A stretch of 64,000 nucleotides of DNA from an uncultured delta proteobacterium (GTDB lineage Bacteria; Myxococcota; Myxococcia; Myxococcales; Myxococcaceae): the NCBI GenBank assembly GCA_963771175.1, contig CAVYSY010000032.1, positions 608,001 to 672,000 on the forward strand, written 5' to 3'. Below are positions 53,487-64,000 of this stretch, piece by piece. The stretch's first letter is position 1. Each line of letters begins with the position of its first letter. Below the pieces are notes generated by a model. It worked only from the letters and a program-made list of their open reading frames with translations. It did not search any database and was not told the DNA's origin. A program made the translations under genes and the position numbers.

Positions 53487-55019
53487 ATGCATCCGGAAAC
53501 CGCCACCGCCCCGCGCGTCCCGCCGCTGCTCGTCCCCGGGCTCGCACTCGCCACGGCGGCACTGCACCTGCTCTTCGCCCACCGCTACGGCTACTTCCGG
53601 GACGAGCTCTACTTCATCGCCTGCGGCCAGCGGCTCGACTGGGGCTACGTGGACCAGCCGCCCCTCATCGCCGTGGCCGCCCGGCTCGCCACCGCGCTCT
53701 TCGGCGCACTCGCTCCCGGCTTGAGGGTGCTGCCCGCGCTCGCCGCCGCCGGCCTCGTGGCGCTCACCGGGCAGCTCACGCGACGCCTCGGCGGCGGAGC
53801 GCTTCGCCGTGGCGCTCTCCGCCGTGGCCACCGCGCTCGCCCCCATCTTCCTGCGTTCGAGGGCCACACCCTCACGATGAACGCCTTCGAGCCCCTCCTC
53901 TGGACGGGCTGCGCCGCCGTGCTGGTGCACATGGTCCGCACCGGGCGAACACCGGCGTGGCTCGCCCTGGGTGCGCTCGTCGGCGTGGGCCTGCTCAACA
54001 AGTACTCGATGGGTTTCTTCACCGCGTGCCTCGGGCTCGGCTCCTGCTCACTCCGCGCGCGCGGGCTGCTGCCAGCCGGTGGCTCGTGCTCGGCGTGCTG
54101 CTCGCCATCGCTGCTCGTGCTGCCCAACCTCCTCTGGCAGCACCAACATGGCTGGCCCATGCTCGAGCTGCTGCGCAACGGGCAGCTCTACAAGAACGCC
54201 CCGTTCGCAGCTCGGCGAGTTCGTCCGCGGGCAGCTCTTCATGCTCCACCCGCTCTCCGTGCCGCTGTGGCTCACCGGGCTCGGCTTCCTGCTGTTCGCC
54301 CCCGCCGCCCGCCCCTACCAGGCCCTCGGGCTCACCTACGTCTTCCTCTTCGGCCTGCTCGTCTTCCTGCGTGCCAAGGACTACTACCTGGCCCCCGCCT
54401 ACCCCATGCTGTTCGCCGCGGGCGCGGTCGCCGCCGAGCGCCTCATCTCACGCCCGGTGCTGCGTGCCGCGGTGCTCTCCCGGGACTGGCGGGCTTCGCC
54501 GCCCTCGCGCCGCTGGCGCTACCCGTGTTGCCCGTGGACACCTTTGTCGCCTACCAGCGTGCCCTGGGCCTCGAAGCGCCCCGCCACGAGCGCCACACGT
54601 TCGGCGCCCTGCCCCAGCACTACGCGGACCAGCACGGCTGGGAGGAGCTCGTCTCCTCGGTGGCCGGGGTGTACCAGCGCCTGCCTCCAGAGACGCGGGC
54701 GCGCACCGCCCTCTTCGCGCAGAACTACGGCGAGGCCGGCGCACTCGACTGGCTCGGTGGCGCCCAGGGGCTTCCTCCGGCCCGCTCGGGCCACAACCAC
54801 TACTTCCTCTGGGGGCCCGGCGAGGAGCCCGAGAACATCCTCGTGGTGGGTGGTGACCTCGAGGAACTCCAGCCGCTGTGCGAGCGCACCGAGGTCGCCG
54901 CGCATGTGCCGCCCAATCCCTACGTGATGCCCTACGAGGACAATCTGCCGATACACCTGTGCTCGGGGCTGAAGGTGCCGCTGGCCACGCTCTGGCCAGA
55001 CCTGAAGCACTACGAGTAG
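53487..55019 (+). CDS. ArnT/PMT-like membrane glycosyltransferase (several apparent frameshifts)
   Basis: RDELYF, GYVDQPP, LLNKY, PNLLWQ, KDYYL, NYGEAGA, SGHNHYFLWG. Confidence 0.85.
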   Translation: MHPETATAPRVPPLLVPGLALATAALHLLFAHRYGYFRDELYFIACGQRLDWGYVDQPPLIAVAARLATALFGALAPGLRVLPALAAAGLVALTGQLTRRLGGGALRRGALRRGHRARPHLPAFEGHTLTMNAFEPLLWTGCAAVLVHMVRTGRTPAWLALGALVGVGLLNKYSMGFFTACLGLGSCSLRARGLLPAGGSCSACCSPSLLVLPNLLWQHQHGWPMLELLRNGQLYKNAPFAARRVRPRAALHAPPALRAAVAHRARLPAVRPRRPPLPGPRAHLRLPLRPARLPACQGLLPGPRLPHAVRRGRGRRRAPHLTPGAACRGALPGLAGFAALAPLALPVLPVDTFVAYQRALGLEAPRHERHTFGALPQHYADQHGWEELVSSVAGVYQRLPPETRARTALFAQNYGEAGALDWLGGAQGLPPARSGHNHYFLWGPGEEPENILVVGGDLEELQPLCERTEVAAHVPPNPYVMPYEDNLPIHLCSGLKVPLATLWPDLKHYE

Positions 55020-55053
55020 ACCCACCACCTCGCGGGCCGAGCCGTGGACGAGA

Positions 55054-55637
55054 CTATTTCGACTCGTTGGCGAGGTACTGGTCCGCCTGGGCTTCCAGCT
55101 CGCGGGCAACGGAGGGGGAAACCCGGGAGAGGATCTGCCATTCCAGCTCCAGGTCCCGAACGAGCACCGGACGGGCATTCGAGAGAGGGTCGCCCTTGAC
55201 CATCATCTGAACGCCCGTTTTTTCATCCGTCCGGGGGAGGCCGGGTGGGCCGAGGTCCGCCCGATGGTGGTGTGGGTGAGGCGGTACGCGTTCAGCACGA
55301 AGCGGCCGTCATCGAGCTGCTTCCCCATGATGAAGCGCCGCTCCATGACTCCCCCGACGTCGAGGCTCTGGTCGATGCTCACCTTCCAGGCGGTACGCAC
55401 ATAGAGAGGGTCCGTACTCGGCACGAGGGTGTAACCCCGCTCCTCGAGGAGCTCGCGAGCCATATCCAGGACCTGCTCGGAGGGGAGCCGGTAGGCGACG
55501 TAGGCGGCACTGCGCTCGAGCAGGCCCTGGCGCTCGGTGGCACAGCCCGCCACCCCCAGGAGCAGCCAGCCGAGGAGCGCCACCGGGAACAGGGCATGGG
55601 TTCGCTTCCACTCGGACAGCCGGCGCGGGGAGTGCAT
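55054..55637 (-). CDS. Hypothetical lipoprotein (apparent frameshift near 55220)
   Basis: Lipobox VAGC; the C-terminus RDLELEWQILSRVSP...NESK* lies in the shifted frame. Confidence 0.65.
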
Positions 55638-55777
55638 CCATCTCTCCTGACGTAGATGAAGCGGGATGCTCCTGAAACGTGCTGGCGAGGCGCACATATC
55701 GAACGTCATGCACCGCGTCAGAGGAGAATGTGCGGACCCGTGGCAGAGCGATGACGTGGCGCGAGTAGACAACGCGC

Positions 55778-56782
55778 ATGTTCCTCCACGCGCTCGGACA
55801 CTTCCACCCGGAGACGGTCATCACCAACGGGTTCCTCCAGGACCTCGGCCTGGAGACGGACGACGCATGGATCGTCGAGCGGGTCGGCATCCGCACCCGG
55901 CACACGGTGCTGCCGCTCGACTACATCCGCGAGACGCGCAACCGCGACGTTCGCGGGGCGCTGGAGGCGGCGCGGTACTCCAACGCGGAGACGGGCAGGC
56001 GCGCGGCGCTGATGGCGCTCCAACGCGCGGGACGCGACGTGAAGGACGTGGGCATGGTGGTCGCTGGCGGCTGCTCGCCCGACGAGTGCATTCCCGGCGG
56101 AGGCCTGCCGCATCGCCGAGGCACTGGGCATCGAAGCGCCCGTCGCTGGACCTCAACGCGGCCTGCTCCTCCTTCGGCGCCCAGTTGCACTTCCTCGCCG
56201 GAATGCGGCCGGAGCGACTGCCGGACTTCATCCTCGTGGTGAACCCGGAGAACTCCACCCGCGTGGTGGACTACTCGGACCGCTCCAGCTGCGTGCTGTG
56301 GGGCGATGGCACCAGCGCCGCGTTGCTCAGCCCGCGAATCCCCGGTCCCTGGCGCATCACCCAGACCCTGCTCGGCGGAGACCCCTCGGGCGCGGACAAG
56401 GTGAAGGTGCCGCGCGCCGGCCACTTCACGCAGCAGGGCTCGGCGGTGCAGACCTTCGCCATCAAGCGCGCGAGCGAGACCTTCCTCAAGCTGCGCGAGC
56501 ACTACCTCGCGGCCTCCCCGGGACGCACCGCGGAGGGCCTGAGCCTCATCGGGCATCAGGCGAACCTGCGCATGCTGGAGGCGGTGCAGCGGCGCACCGA
56601 GGTGCCCGATGCGCGCCACTTCTTCAACGTGGAGCACCGCGGCAACTGCGGGGCCTCGGGCGCGCCCACGGTGCTCTCGGAGAACTGGGACAACCCCGCA
56701 GGTGGGAGACGCCGTGGCGCTCGCGGTGGTGGGCAGCGGCCTCACCTGGGCAGGCGCCCTGCTCGAGCGCTGCCGCGCGTAG
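55778..56782 (+). CDS. 3-oxoacyl-ACP synthase III (FabH-like; apparent frameshifts near 56100-56150 and 56700)
   Basis: GIRTR, DLNAACSSF, LWGDG, HQAN, GNCGAS, GSGLTW. Confidence 0.9.
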
Positions 56783-56899
56783 CGTCAGTCACGAGCCACG
56801 AGACGCCACGAAAGGGATATTTTCCCCCGGGTCCGGAATCAGGAAGGATGCGCGGCCCGTCGGGCGGAAGCCCGTCCCCACCTCAGTCCCGGAGCTCTC

Positions 56900-58831
56900 A
56901 TGCCGTCCTGGCCCATCCTGTCCCGAGCGCTCGCGACCGCGGCGCTCCTTCCCGCGCTGGCGCTGGCCTCACCGCCCCCGGCCGAGAAGGAACCGGCGCC
57001 AGCCACGGCCGCGAAGCCCACCGCGCGCCCCTCGAAGCAATATGCCTACGAGCAGTTCATGGAGACGATGCAGATGAACGGGGTGGCCTTCACCTCGGAC
57101 GAGAAGAAGCTCGTCTTCTCGTCGAACCAGACGGGCATCTTCAACGTCTTCAGCGTGCCGGTGGGCGGCGGCAAGCCCACGCAGTTGACCCGCTCCACCA
57201 CGGACGGCTTCTCCCTCGTCGGCGCCTTCCCCCGGGACGGCCGGGTGCTGTACCAGCACGACCAGGGCGGTAACGAACTGCTGCACGTCTACGTGCGAAT
57301 GCCGGATGGCAAGGAGCGCGACCTCACCCCCGGCGACAAGCTGCGCGCCACGTTCCTCGACTGGAGCCAGGACGGGTCCGCCTTCTACGTCCTCGGCAAC
57401 GAGCGCGATGCGCGCTTCATGGACCTGTACCGCTACGACGCGAAGACCTACGCACGCACGCGGCTGTACCAGAACGACGGGGGCCATCGGGTGCGCGGCG
57501 TCTCTCCGGACGAGAAGTGGATCGCCCTGGAGAAGCTCCGCACCACCGCCGACAGCGACGTATGGCTCTACCACGTCGATACGAAGGAGCTGAAGCACCT
57601 GACCGCGCACCAGGGCACCGCGCAGTACTCGGTGGCCGACTTCGACCCGGCATCCGGTGCGCTGTACGTGCTCACCAATGACGGCGCGGAGTTCACCCGC
57701 GTGGTGCGCTACGCGCCGCCCGCCTGGACGCCGGAGGAGGTGGAGAGGGCGAACTGGGACATCCTCTCCACCACCTTCTCCCGGACGGGCGCGTACCGCG
57801 TCACCAGCATCAACGAGGATGGCCGCACCACCGTACGACTCCACGACATGAAGGCGGGCACGCAGGTGGCGCTGCCCCAGTTTCCCGAGGGGAACATCAG
57901 CTCAGTCATCTTCGCGCCTGGCGAGAAGCGCCTGGCCTTCTTCCACGAGGGTGACCGCTCGCCGCAGAACCTCTACGTCTACGACCTCACCACCCAGAAG
58001 GCCACCCGCCTGACGAGCACCCTCAGCCCCCACATGGACCCGGAAGACCTGGTCGAGTCGCGGGTGGTGCGCTTCAAGTCCTTCGACGGGATGGAGATCC
58101 CCAACATCCTCTACAAGCCGCACCAGGCCACGCCGGAGAACAAGGCGCCCGCGCTCGTGTGGGTGCACGGCGGCCCCGGAGACCAGGAGCGCAAGGGTTA
58201 CGCGGTGCTGATGCAGTACCTGGCCAACCATGGCTACGTGGTGCTGGGCATCAACAACCGCGGCAGCTCCGGCTACGGCAAGACGTTCTTCACCGCGGAC
58301 GACCAGAAGCACGGCCGCGAGCCGCTGCGCGACTGCCTGGAGGCACGCAAGTACCTGGCCAGCCTGCCGTACGTGGACGGCTCACGCATCGGCATCATCG
58401 GCGCCAGCTACGGCGGCTACATGACACTGGCCGCCCTGACCTTCCACCCGGAGGCCTTCACCGTGGGCGTGGACGTCATCGGCTTCTCCAACTGGCTGCG
58501 CATCCTGAAGGACATCCCGCCCTTCCGGGAGGACGCCCGCGAGGCCCTCTACCGCGAGGTCGGCGACCCGGTGAAGCAGGAGGCAATGCTGCGCGAGGTG
58601 TCCCCCTTCTTCCACACGGAGAAAATCCGCAAGCCCCTGCTCGTCGTCCAGGGAGCCAACGACCCGCACGCAGTGAAGGCGGAAACGGACGTCCTCGTCG
58701 AGGCCGTGCGGAAGAACAAGGTGCCCGTCGAGTACATTGTCTTCCCCGACGAGGGCCACGGCTTCAGCAAGAAGAAGAACGAGGTGGAGGCGTCCACGCG
58801 CATCCTCCGCTTCCTGGACCAGCACCTGTAA
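56900..58831 (+). CDS. S9 family (dipeptidyl/acylaminoacyl) serine peptidase, secreted
   Basis: Signal peptide, beta-propeller, HGGP, GSSGYG, GASYGG nucleophile, QGAND, DEGHG. Confidence 0.95.
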   Translation: MPSWPILSRALATAALLPALALASPPPAEKEPAPATAAKPTARPSKQYAYEQFMETMQMNGVAFTSDEKKLVFSSNQTGIFNVFSVPVGGGKPTQLTRSTTDGFSLVGAFPRDGRVLYQHDQGGNELLHVYVRMPDGKERDLTPGDKLRATFLDWSQDGSAFYVLGNERDARFMDLYRYDAKTYARTRLYQNDGGHRVRGVSPDEKWIALEKLRTTADSDVWLYHVDTKELKHLTAHQGTAQYSVADFDPASGALYVLTNDGAEFTRVVRYAPPAWTPEEVERANWDILSTTFSRTGAYRVTSINEDGRTTVRLHDMKAGTQVALPQFPEGNISSVIFAPGEKRLAFFHEGDRSPQNLYVYDLTTQKATRLTSTLSPHMDPEDLVESRVVRFKSFDGMEIPNILYKPHQATPENKAPALVWVHGGPGDQERKGYAVLMQYLANHGYVVLGINNRGSSGYGKTFFTADDQKHGREPLRDCLEARKYLASLPYVDGSRIGIIGASYGGYMTLAALTFHPEAFTVGVDVIGFSNWLRILKDIPPFREDAREALYREVGDPVKQEAMLREVSPFFHTEKIRKPLLVVQGANDPHAVKAETDVLVEAVRKNKVPVEYIVFPDEGHGFSKKKNEVEASTRILRFLDQHL

Positions 58832-58919
58832 GCAGAGACGGCGTGGTGAATCCTTCCAGGGCCGCCTTGGCTCTGACTCTCGGGGAGGCCGGCGCGGTCC
58901 GGCCCCCAGGAGGACGCAC

Positions 58920-59153
58920 ATGGCGAGGTCGACTTTGGAGGAGCGCGGGCTCACGGCGGCTGCGCGCTGGAGGCGCTGGGGAGGGATGGCGCTCGGTGGC
59001 GTCGTGGGCGCCGGCGTCCTCGTGGCGCTCGGGCAGGCGTATGCTCGCGTGGGGGGCACGTGAAGCATCCTGTGTCGCCCGGCGGTCGCCGGGCTCTATG
59101 GAGCCGTGATGGGCGCGCTGCTGGTGGCCAATGTTTGGAGGAGCAAGTCATGA
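58920..59153 (+). CDS. 77-aa two-TM membrane protein with an in-frame TGA at codon 48: candidate selenoprotein (U-S-I-L-C)
   Basis: AGGAGG RBS; frame stays open after TGA(59061-59063) as SILCRPAVAGLYGAVMGALLVANVWRSKS; final TGA overlaps the next ATG (ATGA); SECIS-like hairpin follows the TGA. Confidence 0.65.
59077..59094 (+). promoter_or_regulatory. Bacterial SECIS-like hairpin
   Basis: GCCCGGC-GGTC-GCCGGGC, stem starting 13 nt after the TGA; G-initiated GGUC loop 20 nt after the TGA. Confidence 0.6.
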
Positions 59154-59734
59154 AGTTTCGCTGGATGGGGTGGAGCGCCGCGTTGGCGCTGGGTGCGGGC
59201 GCGCTGGCCTGCGCGCCGGTCGCGCCGCGCGTGCTGGAGCCGGTGCCCCCGCCGCTCGCCGACAAGGTGAAGGCCGCCGAGGGCGCGATGACGACGCTGC
59301 AGCAGCGCCTCTTCCTGCGACTGTCGGAGGAGCTGGCGCGCGGGGGCCCCGCCTCGGCGGTGACGGTCTGCCGGGACGAGGCACAGGCGCTCACCGCGGA
59401 GGTGGCCCGCGAGCAGGGGCTCGAGGTGGGGCGAACCAGCCACAAGCTGCGCAACCCGAAGAATGCCCCCCGCCCCTGGGTGGCGCCGTACGTCGCCGCC
59501 GCCGAGGGCAAGCAGGCCGCCGAGGTGAAGCCGGTGGTGGTGGACCTGGGCGACCGCGTGGGCGTGCTCAAGCCGATTCCGATGGGGGCGCTGTGCGTCC
59601 AATGCCACGGCGCCGCTGACGCGCTCTCGCCCGACGTCGCACGCGGGCTGAAGGCGAGCTACCCGAGGGACGCCGCGGTCGGCTTCGCCCCGGGCGACCT
59701 GCGGGGATTCTTCTGGGCAGAGGTTCGCAAGTAG
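59150..59734 (+). CDS. DUF3365 (Tll0287-like) monoheme c-type cytochrome lipoprotein
   Basis: Lipobox ALAC; AVTVC, RTSHKLRNPKNAP, CVQCH, YP.D.A.GF..GDLRG. Confidence 0.9.
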   Translation: MKFRWMGWSAALALGAGALACAPVAPRVLEPVPPPLADKVKAAEGAMTTLQQRLFLRLSEELARGGPASAVTVCRDEAQALTAEVAREQGLEVGRTSHKLRNPKNAPRPWVAPYVAAAEGKQAAEVKPVVVDLGDRVGVLKPIPMGALCVQCHGAADALSPDVARGLKASYPRDAAVGFAPGDLRGFFWAEVRK

Positions 59735-59759
59735 GTGGGGCGCGGCCTTTGCGTTACGG

Positions 59760-60180
59760 GTGCCGCGCGCACAGCACGGTGGACCGGCTCCGCTCCAGAG
59801 GGAGGTTTTCGGCACCGGAACGCGGTTGCCCTCCGTCAGGCCGTTGTACACCGAGCCAGCAATCAAATACCTGAGCACCTGGGGGGCATTGTTGCTCTTC
59901 AGTTGCCGCCCATGCGCCACTCCCATATCGAGGACTAACAAGCATCCAGACTTCCAAGAGAGGACAGAGCTCATCCTCAATGTGTTTGTCCTCGGAATAC
60001 TTGTAGTTCATCGCGGCGCAAACGTCGTCGAGCCACGACCCATTCAATGTCATGTCGAACTGACCAATGCGTCCCGCCAGCTCGGACATGCGAAAACGGC
60101 TCATCTGGAGCGCGTCATGTTCCGTCAACGTTGGCGCCAGGAGCGTCTTCGGCTCAGCGAGTTGAGGGGGGCTTCAGTCT
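59760..60180 (-). pseudogene. Lower-GC broken ORF fragments of unknown origin
   Basis: Protein-like stretches in two frames (…DDVCAAMNYKYSEDKHIEDELCP… and …QVLRYLIAGSVYNGL…) without a clear start. Confidence 0.3.
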
Positions 60181-60323
60181 ACATGCGCCTCTGTTGTCAG
60201 TCGACGTTGATTATTGAATCAAGGTGGAGCTGAGTCGGAGAGTGGAACCGAGTCGGCCGGGCAGTCACAGGCTTGCCCCCTGGGCTGCTTTCCCGACTCC
60301 TCGTGCTGAGCCAGCCCTCTCGG

Positions 60324-60344
60324 ATTTATCGTGAAATGATAAAT
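60324..60344. promoter_or_regulatory. AT-rich 7-7-7 inverted repeat, candidate operator
   Basis: ATTTATC-GTGAAAT-GATAAAT, ending 7 nt before the ATG at 60352. Confidence 0.5.
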
Positions 60345-60351
60345 ACGTGAC

Positions 60352-61571
60352 ATGAGCCACGTGCCTCCTCTCGTGCCCTCACGACCCGCCATCGGTTCGG
60401 ACTCACGACGAACCCGCCCTTGGCGTGTGCTCATCGTCGATGACGACGACTTCAGCCGGAAGACGGCCGAGGCGCTGCTGTCTCCCGCGGGCTACGCGGT
60501 GCTCCCCGCCAGAAACGGCGAGGAGGCCCTGCGGATGGCCAGCGACTCCGACCCCGACCTGGTGCTGCTGGATGTGATGATGCCGGGCCTGGACGGCTTC
60601 GAGGTCTGCCGCCGCCTGCGCGAGCGCCCATCGACGAACTACCTGCCCATCATCCTCCTCACGGCGCTGGATGGCCGGCGCGACGTCATCCTCGGGCTGG
60701 AGGCCGGCGCCGACGATTTCCTCGCCAAGCCGGTGTACGGGGCGGAGCTGCGCGCCCGCGTGGCCAACCTCCTCAAGGTGCGTGCCTACTACCAGCTCCT
60801 CGCCACCCAGCGCGATAGCGCCCTGGCCACGGTGGATGAGCTGCGTCAGCAACTGCTGCGGACCGACCGCCTGGCCACGCTCGGCACCTTCGCCGCGGGT
60901 GTCAGCCACGAGCTGAACAACATCGCCCAGGTGCTGCGGTGCGCCGTCTCCGAGCTGCCCGCCATGCCCGCCGACGCCGACGACCCGGACGGCGGGGACA
61001 CGCGCGAAGTGCTCGCCCAGGCGACCGAGCACGTCACCGAGCTGGCCCGCACCGTCCTGCGCATCGCCCGTCCCCAGGAGGTCGGCACGCCCGAGACCAA
61101 CCTGGGGCGGACGCTCGGCGAGGTGCGGGACATGTTGCGCCTCACCGGTCGCGCCCGGCACGTGCGCCTGTCACTCGCACTGCCCGAGCTGCCCTGCGTC
61201 ATCCGCGCCAACCCGGTGCATGCCCAACAGGTGTTCCTCAACCTGCTCGCCAACGCCGCGGATGCCCTGGGCAACACGGAGCGGCCGGAGATCGAGGCCG
61301 GGGTGCACCACCTCCCCGACGGGCGCATCGAGGCCTGGGTGCGGGACAACGGCCCCGGCATGAGCGAGGCGGTGCTCGCCCGCGTCTTCGAGCCCTTCTT
61401 CACCACCAAGCCCGTCGGCCAGGGCACGGGACTGGGGCTGCCCGTCGTCAAGCAGCTCGTGGAGTCGTGGGGCGGGCAGCTCCACATCCACAGCCAGCCC
61501 GCCCAGGGCACCCGCGTCATCATCGAGGTCCCGGCCGTCTGCGCCCCCCCTCACAGCTCGATTTCCTCCCC

Positions 61572-61575
<4 letters not shown>
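60352..61575 (+). CDS. Hybrid response regulator-histidine kinase (REC-HisKA-HATPase)
   Basis: VLIVDDDD, LDVMMP, AKP; SHELNN; QVFLNLLANA; DNGPG; FFTTK.GQGTGLGL. Confidence 0.93.
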
Positions 61576-63908
<2,333 letters not shown>

Positions 63909-64000
63909 CCTCGAAGAGCTCGCTGCCCGTGACGCACTGGGGTGGCCCGCGCGTAGCGTGAAAGTGATGATCGGCGCGCAGTGACTCCAGACCGCCGGGT

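Noticed and set aside
58832..58910. GC-rich hairpins upstream of the candidate selenoprotein as a riboswitch or ncRNA
   Set aside because: Pairing is possible but no recognisable Rfam-type motif; GC-rich DNA folds readily.

Overview
GC-rich (roughly 70%) chromosomal window that looks myxobacterial (Archangium/Cystobacter-like), judged from gene content: SitA-type lipoprotein toxin, DUF2381 remnant, TIGR04551-like protein, TPR/'CNxxDDDCDG' lipoprotein pair and many hybrid kinases. Most genes are housekeeping, envelope or signalling: dapB/dapA/lysA, mutM, Fe/Mn SOD, Ku, queG, pduO, thyA-folA, an FTR1 iron permease with a Fur-like box, SulP plus carbonic anhydrase with a sigma-54 promoter, Thg1-like polymerase plus kinase, PPK2, FabH and an S9 peptidase. 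Many conserved genes carry single-base frameshifts, most likely assembly errors. Two regions stand out. (1) 58920-59153 holds a small membrane-protein ORF with an in-frame TGA in a U-x-x-x-C motif, followed by a bacterial-SECIS-like hairpin. Read through, it ends in an ATGA overlap with a DUF3365 c-type cytochrome gene, making it a candidate unannotated selenoprotein. (2) 5440-9745 is a polymorphic-toxin island between mutM and sod. It has an exact 735-bp-period array of divergent immunity genes separated by conserved copies of the toxin's own 3' end, and is bracketed by copies of the palindrome ACTTCTGGACGTCCAGAAGT. No rRNA, tRNA, CRISPR array, transposase or integrase was recognised. All family assignments come from motif recognition by eye, not database searches.
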